64,000 bases of DNA from Schmidtea nova (Eukaryota), in assembly GCA_044892505.1 (NCBI GenBank), contig CM097882.1, positions 494,078,001 to 494,142,000 of the forward strand, read 5' to 3'. This document shows, piece after piece, positions 49,248 through 62,320 of the stretch. The number at the start of each line of letters is the position of its first letter. Position 1 is the stretch's first letter. The position numbers and the translations under genes were made by a program. The notes under the pieces were generated by a model. It was given only the letters and a program-made list of their open reading frames with translations. It searched no databases and had not been told where the DNA came from.

Positions 49248-51895
49248 TAAATTAGTAACTTCAATAGTCTAGATACTTTCTTAATCAATTATCAAAATAA
49301 ATCAAAATCAACATTAAATCAATTAGATTGAATTATAATTCTCAACTAGATGGAGGATTTTTAAAAAGATTTAATTTGATTCAATAAACTATTTTAAACA
49401 ATAAACGTACTTTTTTCATTTTTGATCCTTCTGATTCCTCATTTGAACTTTTTTTTAATTATCAATAAGTTAGTAATTATATATCTAAGCTTTGTGGATA
49501 TTAAATATAGAATTATTGTTTTTATTTGAAAAATGTCATATAAATGAATAAATTGTTGCTAAATTCGAAAATTTCCAATTTAAGAAACATAAATATTAAC
49601 ATATAACAATTTTATAATTAGAATTTAACAATAGCGATTATATTTAAAATGTATCAACCTGTGAAAAGAGTATTTAAACAAAGCAATATAAACAAAAGTT
49701 TCCTTTGTCAAAAGTTTTCTATATTAATTTTTTTTAAATATTAAAAGAATTAAGTTAAATATTTAAAATGATATTATTATTATTTAAGAATACATCAAAT
49801 TTTAAGAAATTTTGTTTAATTGAGAAATTTTAATGTTATTTGAATTCTTAATTCAAAATTTATAATTAAAATAATCTGGAAATATATTCTTTAAAAATGA
49901 TTGTTATGAAATATAATTTTTGTAATTTACTTTTGTTATTAAATATTTAATAATGTTGAATTCATATAACTCTTTAACTGAAAATATTTATAATAAAAGA
50001 AATGTAAACTGATTATCGAAAAAAATTGTGTAAAATGTAGAAAGCAAAAAAACTACAGAAAGTTTTCTATCGTATTTTTTAATACAAAAAAGTTTTCATT
50101 CATTTAAAATTTAAATTTTAAAGTTAAAAACTTTAATTAACCTTTCCAACCTTTTGTTATGACCAACTTTTGTTTTAGATATTAACAATATGACACTAGA
50201 ATAAATCAGTGATCAAACAAATGCGCAATTCATTTTGTTGGGCTAGAATTCTCAGATGTTAAGGCAAGTTGGTATCAAAAATTTGGTAAAAAGTGCGAAA
50301 TGCAATAAAGAGATTATTCAGGAAAGAACAATTTTGGGAGAATATAAGTTAAACGGAAAATTAGATAAATAAATAAAGAAGATGAAGTTGGGAAAACCAA
50401 AGAGAAATAACAATAGCTAAAATCATTAAAACGGAACAGAATATCAATAGATTGAACAAAATCCAACATGGCGACCACAATGGACTTAATTAATTAAAAA
50501 TCAGATTAAAATAATTTTGGACAAAATAATTCATCCATTACAAAAAAGAAAAAAAGTAAAATAAAGCAAACCATTAATTGGTTAAACTAAACCAAATGAA
50601 ACTTAACATTAATTGGCTGATTCACCATCTTGAAAACTATATGAGCCAACTGTAAGAACAATACTTATCTAACTTTTCGAAAGTAAAATTTCAATCTTAG
50701 TTTTTATTGAATCGATTTCGAACTTTTAGCAAAACTTTCGATATTTTGTATTTGAACAAGGAAATTTTGAAATTTTTTTGAATTGTTACGCGGAAAAATA
50801 GGCGGCGTAACCAATATATTTACAAAACAATATTTAGTGAGAGGTCTTTCGGAGGGATTAAGGTTCAATTGTAGCAAAATTTTCATAAAATTAAAACAAA
50901 CAATTAAGAGAGGACTCACCGTATCTTCTGTACTTAAGCGTTAAAACATTTTCAATTGATGATTATGGACTTCGTCTTCAATCATACTGTTGTTTATAAA
51001 TATGGGAAAATTTATAAAATATTCTTAAAATATATTTTTAAAAAAAGAATTTGATTTTTAAAGATTAATTTATTTAAATTAAATAATATTTTTATCGTTT
51101 TAAATCTTTTGGCTATTTATAAATTTAACATGCATTTTTAAAAAAATTGAATTATTTGTTTCAAAATTAATTTGTTGAGGATACCTAAATAATAAAAAAT
51201 ATTGTAGACAATTTTAATAACTTGGTGGAAAATCGATAGGGTGATTGAAAGAGCATTCTGGAGCTTGGAGAAGAAAACGGGAAAGCGAAAATTGAGAAAT
51301 GAGGAAAGGGTAACCAAATAAAAGAAATGAAACAATAAAACAGAGAAAGGTCACTTAAAATTAATAAGTACAAGAAAACAAAATTGGAATTCCAAAACGG
51401 AAACGAAACCGGTATCTTGGCAGCTGTCAAAAATAACACGGGAACTGGGAAAAACATTGTGAAATATTTGTGACAAAAAGGAAAGAAAGTAAATCATCCC
51501 GAGGGCCGAGCGGCTATTGGTAGCACAGGAGCCAAAAAAAGCAAATCATCATAAGTGCTGGAGAATGGCAAACTTTTTTAAAAGGGAGAGACTACAGTTT
51601 TAGACAGAAATTTGTGTAGAAGTTTGCGGAGTAAAATTACTGCGAGAATTTGTACCAAAAGTTTTATGACAAGAATTTATTGATAAATCGATTATTGAAA
51701 AATTTATTATTGAAAAATTTATTAGAAAATTGATTATTGAAAAGTTTGCTAAGTCGAAATTCAAGTCAAGGCTGTTAGAATATGCATATATATTTGAATT
51801 TTCTCTAAAAGATTGATATCAAATATATACTTTGTTTTAATAAATAAATTTACGATCAACGTGAACTTTTTAAAATATGATATTACGATAACAAT

Positions 51896-51910
51896 TGGCG
51901 ACGAGGATGG
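51896..51910 (+). promoter_or_regulatory. Primer-binding site, probably tRNA-Ser(GCU)
   Basis: TGGCGACGAGGATGG, 2 nt after the 5' LTR, complements the ...CCAUCCUCGUCGCCA 3' end of eukaryotic tRNA-Ser(GCU) (from recall). Confidence 0.7.
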
Positions 51911-54900
51911 AGAAAATTCAATTACAAGATTCAGATACAATCGAAGACTGGTTCGATAGACTAGAACTGTTAATGGCAACAGACAAGAAGTATACGAGTG
52001 CCAATGCAACGGCACATTTGCTCACGTTTGCTGGAGCAGAGACTTACAGTTTAGTCAAGCAGTTACCCTTTCCAAAAAAACCAAAAGATCTGTCAACAGA
52101 AGAAATCAAGAAGTTGATAATAAGACATGCTGTACCAGTTAATTTAGAAATCACAGAGAGGAGCAAGTTTCACAGTTTGATAAAGGAATCAAACGAGAGC
52201 AACAAACAGTTTTAGCTCAAGGTTCTAGCTCAAGCGGCAAGAAGGCAATTTTGGAGATCAGATGGAGATACAAATGAGAGACAGAATCATCGCCGGAATT
52301 AATAATACCGTTTTAAAGAAGAAGCTTTTGGAAGTCGATGACACTTCATACCAGAATATACGCGAGATCGTAGAGAAATCAGAAGACTTGGATCGCGCCA
52401 TGGCGAATGAAACCAATTGTCTATATTCGAAGAGAAATTATTCCGATAGGCTAGGCCAGAATTCAGAGCCTAAGGATAATATGAAGCTGAAAGGATCAGC
52501 AAACATGAGCTGCTTCTCATGTGGTGCTCCACATCTCAGAAACAATTGCAAGTTTCGCAGTTCCAAGTGTTACAACTGCAACAAGATGGGTCACATATCC
52601 AAAGTCTGTAGAGCTCAAAAACGAAAAGGGTTACTTCAAAGCAACTATTTGAAGTATAACGAAGATATCAGCACAAGTGAACAGTTAGCACTGTGGTCAG
52701 GTTCAAGCCAATTAATTCAAGTTTTAGATTTTGGCGAAAGAAAAGTAGAGTTCATTATCGATACTGGGTCGGTAGTTTCATTTATGCCATTGAAATTAGC
52801 GAAAGAAATTGACAAGAAGTTTAAGTTAATCAATTGTGATATGGTAGTGAAAGGAGATACGGGTCACAAACTAGAAATACTTGGAGAATCTTCAATGACG
52901 ATAAGACATGATGATAATTTAATAACTGTTAAGTTTATCATTACAAGAAACAGTCCTTGCATCTTAGGGCTCAGACACATCAGAAAGTTAAAAGAAACAA
53001 TAGTGTTGCAAACAGAGCTGGCAACAGATTTCAAAACATTGATAAAACAATGTGGTCAGAATAAAGGTGGATTCAACACGGATCCTGTGAATTTTGAATT
53101 AATGTCAGGTGCAGTACCGATATTTGAAAAAGTAAGACATTTGCCTTATGGAACTCGAGAGGGTGTGAAGAACGCACTTGAAGAACTAGAAAGAAATGGT
53201 ATCATTTACAAAGTGGAATCTAGTGCATGGGCAACACCTATGGTTGTCGTAAGTAAGAGCAATGGTAAATTTAGATTATGTGGTGACTATAAAGTCACTG
53301 TGAATAAATTTCTTAAGCCGCCAGCATCAGTTACTTCACTGCCGGAGGATATATTTGAAAAGACGACTGGTGCTAAGTATTTTAGCAAAATCGACTTGAA
53401 AGACGCATTCCTGCAGCTACCGATTTCAAAAGAAGCACAAGAACTTACAACGTTGCACACGATGTGGGGATTATACACCTATAAATATCTACCGTTTAGA
53501 TTGAAGAATTCTCCCGGTTTGTTTTAAATGTCAATAAACGGAATTATAGAAGGGTTACAAGATTGCTATGCGAATCAAGATGACATACTAGTATTCGGTG
53601 CAACAGAAAAAGAACACGACAAGAATCTTTATCAGTTACTGCAAAGATTTATGAAGTACAACGTGAAGATTAATGTGGACAAGTGTATCACGAAAGTCAA
53701 AACATTACCATTTCTGGGATACATCATATCTGAAGACGGAATTATTCCAGATGAAACGAAATATAAACCAATAGCTGAAGCACTGGATCCCAAATTTCAA
53801 GAAGAATTGCGATCATTGCTAGGATGTCTACAATATTACAGCAGATTTATAAAAGACTTTGCCGATAAGACAAGAAAGCTACAATCAATATTAAATGACT
53901 CTGAATTTAGATGGAACTCGGAGAATTCAGAATCGCTCAAATCGATTATTTCAGAAATAGTGAAGGCTAAGCCACTGAAGCCATTAAGGCAGGAATCAAA
54001 GATTGAATTGATAATGGACGCTTCTGAGTTTGCTATTGGAGGAGTACTAGAGCAAGAAGGTTGTCCGGTCTATTTCATATCTAAGAAATTAACCAAAGCG
54101 GAATCAAACTACTCTCAGACTCAAAAGGAAGCTTTAGCCATCGTATGGGCCGTGGACAGATTACACAAGTTCTTATTTTGTAGACCATTTGTTATAATAA
54201 CTGACCGTGCCGCATTAAAGTACATTTTCGACAGTGGCTCATCGGCTGCCAAGACAACCTCAGCCATGTTGCAAAGATGGGCGCTAAAGCTTAGTGCGTA
54301 TAATTATGAGATCATTCATCGAAAAGGTAAAAACGTCCCACAAGCAGATTACCTGTCTCGATATTCAATGCTCAGTGAGGCAATTCAATCAGATTGTTTA
54401 TTTATCCAGCCACTCCCAATACCAAGAGACAGTCTGATTGAGGAATCTCAAAGAGTCTATGGGCCGATTTTCAAGGCTGTCAGAAATGGGTGGAACACGA
54501 GTCACAAAAAGAAATTTCCTGAGCTATACTTAAAGCGAGATGAGATATCCATTGCGGCAGATGGAATCATTTGTTGGAAAGAACGTAGTCTCATACCACC
54601 AAATCTACGAGAAGAAATGATTAAGCATCTACATTCCGGACATATCGGGTACGAAAAAATGATTTCATTGACCAGACTCATATGTTGGTGGCCAAATATT
54701 GACTCAGATGTCAGACAATTTACTAAAAATTGCACAAATTGCATCACGAAAAAAGTCAATCTGAACAAAGCATCCTGATTGGAGTCCTTGGCCCATAGCC
54801 TATCAAGCGTGGCAAGGAATACATGTGTACTATTGTGGTCCATTCTTAAGTAAATATTATGCTTTAATAATAATAGATGCTCATTCAAAGTGGCCGGAAG

Positions 54901-55592
54901 TATTTTTTACAACCTCTGCAAACGCGGATTTTACGATAGTGGCATTGAGAAAATGTTTCTCGAGAGAAGGAATACCGCAAGTATTAGTCTCAGATAATAG
55001 CACACACTTCAATGCAGAGAAGGTATCTAGTTGGTTAAAGAGTATTGGTACATCTCAAGTGTTTACTCCACTGAGACATCCACAGTCAAATGGTCTGGCC
55101 GAAAACTTCGTTAAATCTCTCAAAACGGCTATTTTAACAGCTCAGATATCAACGAAAGAGGAATTAGATGAAGCGGTAGACACATTTTTATTATCTTATC
55201 GTAACTCACAGCATGCAACGACAAAACACCGACCTTCTGAACTATTCAAGAAAAGAATACTACGCCATCCTATGATCGAGCCGGCGCAGGTCCTATTCAT
55301 CAAAGGCACGATGCAGGACATCCAGCATGGAATCATTATGGACAACAGTTCAAAGAAAATTGTAAAGGTATTGGACACGACAGACGGAAGCGTTCACATG
55401 CGTCATGTTGATCAGATAGTATTGGAACCAAAGAAAAAAGATTTCAATGAGTCAGCAAGTCAAATATCACGAGACAGTGAGGACACGGATAGATCTAGTG
55501 ACGGTACAGGAAATAATGATCAACCCGAATACAGGATAGCGTCAGACGAGAAAATAAAGGAGAAGCGAAAATACAAAAGGAGAAGGTGTTAG
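51907..55592 (+). pseudogene. Gypsy gag-pol in four broken frames
   Basis: ORFs ending 52215, 53527, 54778 and 55592. The RT motif reads NQDD instead of YxDD. Confidence 0.9.
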
Positions 55593-56625
55593 AATATGCA
55601 TATATATTTGAAATTAATTTAAAGATTGATATCAAAAATATACTTTGTTTTAATAAATAAATTTACGATCAACGTGAACTTTTTGAAATTAGATATTACG
55701 ATAACAAAGGCAAAAAAAACATTTAGTTGGTTGCTTATTGTTAAATCTACATTAGTAGTTGGTGATCGTTAGACGGAGATTATACAATAGTGCTATTCCT
55801 CACATAAGTGTTTTAGTAAACACTGTATAATTGCCTCAGATTATTGATTGAGTATAGTAGTGTAATTGCGAAACCAGTTGTAATATCAATAAAAATTCCT
55901 GTTGTAATTGTTATTCCTTTGGTTAATAAAGCACGAATTTGGAGTCAGAAATTTAACTTGTTTTAAACTTCACCAACCACCCAATAACACACCAAATAAT
56001 AAGAATTATTTGATTTATATTGGATTGATTGAAAAAATAGCACTCTTTCACAATAATTGATGAAATTGGTTTTAGTATATAAACTAACTAATTTCAGGCA
56101 AATCAGTCAGTTGATCGAAGACAGCAATGAAAAAAAAGAGTGATATAGTGAAACTTAGTCGTCAATGAGATTTTACGTTATTCGGGGATATCCTTTGAAT
56201 AAGCTACCCTGAAATCAATTTATTCGAAGTAGTAAAGATTTGAGATGTGTGCGCTTCAAACCAAAAAGCCATGACGTCATCTATGAGCTAAAACCAATCA
56301 ATTTCAAGTCACTCCCTGGTAGTACTTTTTTACACACCCCCATAGTTTTTACACACACGCACGCGATGAGTCAAAAACGAGGCCACCTTAAGTTTAAGAA
56401 CATATATAGGTCAAGGTTATCTCGAGGTCAAGGTCAACAAAAATTCAAGTTCGTCTTCAGGTCAATGCCAAACTTTTTAAGGTCAAAATTTCAAAAACAT
56501 AAAAATATTCAAAACATTTAGAAACTTTCAATTTTTCAAAGAAAATTGAAAAATTTTTAAAATTTTAAAAACAAAACAAAACTCAAAAACTCAAGAATTG
56601 ATTATCAACATTTATTAAAAATACA

Positions 56626-57230
56626 TTAAGCAATTTTAGCACTCTTGATTTTCCAAATCGGAGACACTACTTCTTTTGGATCTACTTTATAGCCTTGAAT
56701 CGATATATCAATAAACCGATTTTCATTTATCGATAAATTCAACGGATTAAAATGAGTCATAAAAATAGGTTTTCTTGTTGTTGATAAATATTGTTTCATT
56801 GCAAGATAATTTCTTGTTTATTTTCATCAACACTATTAATTGCACTGACATCTTCTTCATAAATGTGACCGATTAATTTTGAATATTGCGTAGTCGACAG
56901 CTTTACTGTATATGATCAATTGAACAGGATTTCATTTACCAAGAAAACATTTGGTAATCGTGAAGCATTTGAACCGGTCTGAAATAATTTTTGGTTTGAA
57001 TTGATTTGGTTTCGTTCTTAATTGGTTTCATATTTACTGAATCTTTAATTTGACAAGATTTGCTGAAAAGATTTTGCATTTTATGACTAAGACTAGTTTT
57101 GTTCGGTTATTTATACTATTCATTGTCTGTGTGTAGTCAATCAGAATCATGCATGTGAAATGCAATTATTGTGCATTTACGAAAGTTCAAGATTTTTAAT
57201 GTACGAAAGTTAGTGTGTGTGCATTATGAC
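56626..57230 (-). pseudogene. Decayed ORF-X, copy C
   Basis: FHMHDSD*LHTDNE*YK and IQGYKVDPKEVVSPIWKIKSAKIA* match copies A and B. Confidence 0.6.
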
Positions 57231-57603
57231 TATTATTATTATTACGCATTTGTTTTTCACATTGCTTAATTACAAATTGATTATAACTTTTATTATTGTT
57301 GATTCTTAAAATTATTTCTTTAACAAAAATACATTTAAAAAATATATCTAACAAGTAATAAACAAGGACAATATAACAAAATAAGCCATATTTTAAGATT
57401 CATTGTATCTTGGTTGCACATTGCTTTATTAAAAATTGAAAAAAATGACAAACAACTAATATTAAACTATCAAGACTACAACCTGCAAGTCACTTATTAA
57501 CTAAACTATCTAATAAAATATAAAAACAATACTACTAATAACTTCTCTATTGCAGATTTACAAGTCTATAAAAACAATTACATAAATATAAATCAAGAAC
57601 AAA

Positions 57604-58488
57604 TTATCATAATTATCTTTTTTCACCTTTGATCTTTTTTTTATTATTATTATCAATAATTCTCATAATGATGACTATAGATCAAAATTTTTATTTTTAA
57701 ACAATACCACAATATTTCGGCACAGCCTTTATCAAGTGTATTTAAATATATTTAAGTATATTTAAGTATATTTAAGTATATTTAAGTATTATTATTTTCA
57801 ATAATTCTCATGACTATAGATCAAATTTTTTTTTTATAAACAATAACACAATATTTCGGCACAGCCTTTATCAAGTGTGTATTTCTATCGTTATATTTAC
57901 TTAATCCTAAATAGTAGCCTTAATTATTTTTTTAATATTTTATAATGATTTTATTGGATGAAAAAATTTATTTTAATTTTTTTGTGCGAATTGAATGTTG
58001 ATGGACGGTTTGTATTTTTTTATGTAAAAAGTCTCGGAAGCTAATCTTTGTAATGAATTTAATTTAATTCATTACAAAGATTAGCTTCCGAGACTTTTTA
58101 CATAAAAAAATACAAACCGTCCATCAACATTCAATTCGCACAAAAAAATTAAAATAAATTTTTTCATCCAATAAAATCATTATAAAATATTAAAAAAATA
58201 ATTAAGGCTACTATTTAGGATTAAGTAAATATAACGATAGAAATACACACTTGATAAAGGCTGTGCCGAAATATTGTGTTATTGTTTATAAAAAAAAATT
58301 TGATCTATAGTCATGAGAATTATTGAAAATAATAATAAAAAAAGATCAAAGGTGAAAAAAGATAATTATGATATTTAAGTATATTTAGATACACACTTGA
58401 TAAAGGCTGTGCCGAAATATTGTGGTATTGCTTAAAAATAAAAATTTTGATCTATAGTCATCATTATGAGAATTATTGATAATAATAA
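57604..58488. repeat. Compound foldback structure with a near-perfect palindrome core
   Basis: Arms 57787-58059 / 58066-58337 (about 273 bp, one poly-T indel seen, 6-nt loop), flanked by further inverted copies of the same unit and a (tatttaag) minisatellite. Confidence 0.9.
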
Positions 58489-59219
58489 CAAGAACAAATT
58501 GTTTAGAAACATTTATTAAAATAACATCTGTTCATTTACTCATCATCATCATAAATAATGCCGCAATATTTTCTTACCTCCTTTCCGAGGAGCCTTTTAT
58601 GGTGCTTCTGTGTCATATAAAGACAACACTTGCATCAATATGTGCATATAATGTTGCTGCTGCTGCTCGTTAATTCTGCATCCAGGTTTTGCAGATGCTC
58701 TTCCAAAATCTCTTTCAAATCTAGTGATTGCTTGTATTTTGAAAGAAAGAAGCTCCGGTGTAGTGTATACCAGTTTTATCATCATCTTTGGGTTAAGATC
58801 TTCCATCTTTGTTAACAGAACGGAAATAAATATATAAAACATCTATTAAAAATAATCTATTCTTACCAGTAATAATCTATTCTTACACTTTTGTTGGTAA
58901 AAATGTAATGCAAATGACATCGGTATATATATACTAAATATAATATTTAAATACACCATCATCTGTACCTGAGTATATGACCGCATGACTGGCAATTTGT
59001 TTTGGCCACTTCCAAGATAAAAAATAGAAAAAATAAGTATTTTTAATTAGAAAATAAAATTTGTGCATCAAGTTCCCATTTTTAATTTTTATTGATAATA
59101 ATATTATGTACATTATAATGTATATAATATATACATACAGGATATTAAATTAAAAATTAATTTACGCGATTTTTGCGTAGCATAGTCTTCAATCGCTTCA
59201 TGTATATTTAAAGAACCAG

Positions 59220-60110
59220 CAATTTTATTTTAAATTGCGATAATTGAAAGATTGCTGAGGCGTTCTTGCGTCATTGATGTTCTCAAGTAATTTTTTATTG
59301 TTTTAAGTTTCGAAAAACGTCGCTCTCCAGATGCAACAGATACAGGTATTGTTAGCAAAGGTTTTAAATTTGTAGCTACATTTATGAAAGAATTTGCCAC
59401 GTTGTGCTTATATAAATATTTTAATAAATCTTCGGGTTGCTTTCTATCTTTTATGATAATTTTCAAGGAAAGCAATTCTTCATACAATTCTTCACCACAT
59501 ATATCATATGATTCATCAACATCTTTAAATTTATTATGGAGATCGAAACAACTTTTTTATATCCTCATGTTCCATATCAATAAATTTATTAGAATTCCAA
59601 AAGTTTGTTCAAAATAGGATAGAGATAGAAATCTAGTGGTAAGTGATGATATAGTTGTATCTAGTATTATATAGAAAAAAAATAATTTTGTAATTTTCTT
59701 TTGGACTAAATTGAATATTTTCATCTCCTTCATAGTAAAATTGTTTACGATGACGTCTGTGACGTACACTAACATCAGCAAAAAATTCTGGTTCAATTTC
59801 AACTTTTTCACACAGTTCATCAGAAAGCTTCAAATAGTTTTCGAAATTTTCATCATTTCTAATATTTTTAAAAAAAATTCAAAACACTAATTGATTGAGC
59901 ACATGAACTGATATGTCAAGAAACTTTCTGCATCATTTTACTAATAATATCTACTTTCCCTAAGATTTCATGCCATATTATTGTTGAACAAATAAATTTA
60001 TAAGATTTATTTTCATTGCCAAACATTCAGTTTCATGTCGAAATATTGCTGTTGAACTATTTTCAGAAAAAAATTGTATATTGCTAATGCATTACTAAAA
60101 AATCAATTGT
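59220..60110 (-). mobile_element. Decayed hAT (ZMYM1-like) transposase C-terminal half
   Basis: LLTIPVSVASGERRFSKLKTIKNYLRTSMTQERLSNLSIIAI; ILDTTISSLTTRF. Confidence 0.85.
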
Positions 60111-61383
60111 TGCAAATGAAACTTCAGCAGCATCATTAATCATTAAAAAATAGTAGAAATGTATAACAAAATTACCAAAAATAAGCCACTGACGAGTGTT
60201 ACAGACAAGATACGCATGTCTTATCAAATTATATGTTTCAATAACTATGATTATTAGACTCCCTAAAGTTTAGGGAGAAAAAGAGAGATAGCTTTATATA
60301 AAGAATGGTAATTATTAAGCAGTTGCCAGTTAATTGATAAAACAAAAACAAAAAGAGAATTGTTAAATTGAAGATAAATAAAGTAATCGACACAGAGCTA
60401 AAATTATCAAAATTAATAATTATCTAAAGGCTGTCTCCTTTTTGGTTACCTGTTTTACTATTTATTGAAAAGTGCAGATCAGTTTCAAAAGTGTATTAAC
60501 AATCTTGTAAAATTGTTTTGAAAGTTATTAAATCCATTTTGCTACGACTTATATTCAATTTTCACAAAAAGCACGAGAAGTCAAATTTAGATACCGACTT
60601 AAACAAATATAAGCCAACGATATTTTAAAAAAGTAAGGAAGTCTAATGAGTTATTTTAAAAAAAATATATTTATGATTTGAAAATTAATATTAAAATTTT
60701 ATTCTTAGATGATTTATTTTAAAAATATATTTTGATACAACATGAAGATGATTATTATTGATTACTTAATTTGAATATTTCTTATTTCTTAAATATAATT
60801 TATTATCGTTCGAAATATTTAGCTTTACATTGAATGGTGGTTTTCAATTATTATCATTATTAATCATTTTTAGTTATTATTATTATTATTATTAGTAATA
60901 AAAATAGTGGTACTACTAGCTTTTAGCCCCCTATTAACGTTTCAGCCCCCCAATTAAAAATTAATTAATCTTTTAAATATTCTTAAATTACAATTATTTT
61001 AAAAGATAATAATAATAATTATTATTATTTTTAAATATTCTTTAATTAAAATTATTAATAAAATAAAATTAATAAAAAAAANNNNNNNNNNNNNNNNNNN
61101 NNNNNNNNNNNNNNNNNNNNNNNNNNNNNNNNNNNNNNNNNNNNNNNNNNNNNNNNNNNNNNNNNNNNNNNNNNNNNNNNNNNNNNNNNNNNNNNNNNNN
61201 NNNNNNNNNNNNNNNNNNNNNNNNNNNNNNNNNNNNNNNNNNNNNNNNNNNNNNNNNNNNNNNNNNNNNNNNNNNNNNNNNNNNNNNNNNNNNNNNNNNN
61301 NNNNNNNNNNNNNNNNNNNNNNNNNNNNNNNNNNNNNNNNNNNNNNNNNNNNNNNNNNNNNNNNNNNNNNNNNNNNNNNNNNN

Positions 61384-61596
61384 ACTATAGATCAAATTTT
61401 TTTTTATAAACAATAACACAATATTTCGGCACATCCTTTATCAAGTGTGTATTTGAAATACTTGAAATACTTGTGTACTTGAAATACACACTTGATAAAG
61501 GCTGTGCCGAAATATTGTGTTATTGTTTATAAAAAAAATTTGATCTATAGTTATTATGAGAATTATTGATAATAATAATAAAAAAAGATCAAAGGT
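61384..61596. repeat. Foldback/MITE unit: about 70-bp inverted arms with a short gaaatact-repeat spacer
   Basis: actatagatcaaa...gtgtgtatt / aatacacac...tttgatctatagt. Confidence 0.85.
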
Positions 61597-61738
61597 NNNN
61601 NNNNNNNNNNNNNNNNNNNNNNNNNNNNNNNNNNNNNNNNNNNNNNNNNNNNNNNNNNNNNNNNNNNNNNNNNNNNNNNNNNNNNNNNNNNNNNNNNNNN
61701 NNNNNNNNNNNNNNNNNNNNNNNNNNNNNNNNNNNNNN

Positions 61739-62320
61739 GCGATTGATTTCCAATTCAATAGCCTCATCAATTGATAATTTTTTATTTTTACGAAGCTTCT
61801 TTTCCCCATAGCTTTTAGCTTCCAACTGTTTTCCACCGACCGCAACAGCTCGATGACCAGCTACAAATCCACTTGGATTGGTTTTGAATAACAGTGGCTT
61901 ATCCATTTCCTTATCATAAGATAGTGCGATCATTAAACAGCTTAATGGCCTCATTTCAGCTGATTGAATGTACAATTGGTTAATATCGGCAATGCATCGA
62001 CAAATAATGTCACAGGACATTTCGTATCCATCTTTGTATTTAAATTGTGCAACTTCCATTTGTGCACGGCATACTTGCGATCCGCAATCAGGAATCATTG
62101 AATCTCGCGAAGACATCACATTAATTAACTCATCAACAAAAGAGATCTCGATTCCATTGACCACATTCGAATTAGGATTCTCTTCATAACAAGCAGCTTT
62201 ATCCAGGCTCTTTATAAAGGGAACTCCCAAGATACTGAGAAATTCAGCACTTTCCCATAAACTATAATTTGAATCGCTATCAGAATATATCTCGTGATCA
62301 GATTCCATTTCACCATTCAT
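61739..62320 (-). pseudogene. PSMA6: Chimeric ORF: unrelated acidic 65-aa N-terminus fused to the central part of proteasome subunit alpha type-6
   Basis: SQVCRAQMEVAQFKYKDGYEMSCDIICRCIADINQLYIQSAEMRPLSC...GKQLEAKSYGEKK parallels PSMA6 [20 protein letters not shown]...IADISQVYTQNAEMRPLGC...VKQTESTSFLEKK. The PSMA6 N-terminus is absent, there are no introns, and the ORF runs into a gap. Confidence 0.82.

Larger units (their letters stand above)
51773..55706 (+). mobile_element. Full-length Ty3/Gypsy LTR retrotransposon, disrupted gag-pol
   Basis: LTRs 51773-51893 and 55587-55706 (TG...CA), 5-bp TSD AAGGC, PBS, polypurine tract 55575-55586. Domain order: gag CCHC, protease DTGS, RT (QDD), RNase H, integrase. 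Confidence 0.95.

Noticed and set aside
50236-50700. Further TGTTGGGC start, a possible family member or solo LTR
   Set aside because: No matching CA end with an ATTT TSD and no family ORF or 3' motifs found.
55754-56500. AGTAGT plus GGTCAAGGT repeats as a Polinton terminus
   Set aside because: No partner TIR or 6-bp TSD in the window; the hexamer is expected by chance.
58597-58842. RecQ-like (KLVYTTPELL) or histone H3-like (KAPRK) fragment
   Set aside because: Single short motifs with no supporting flanking similarity.
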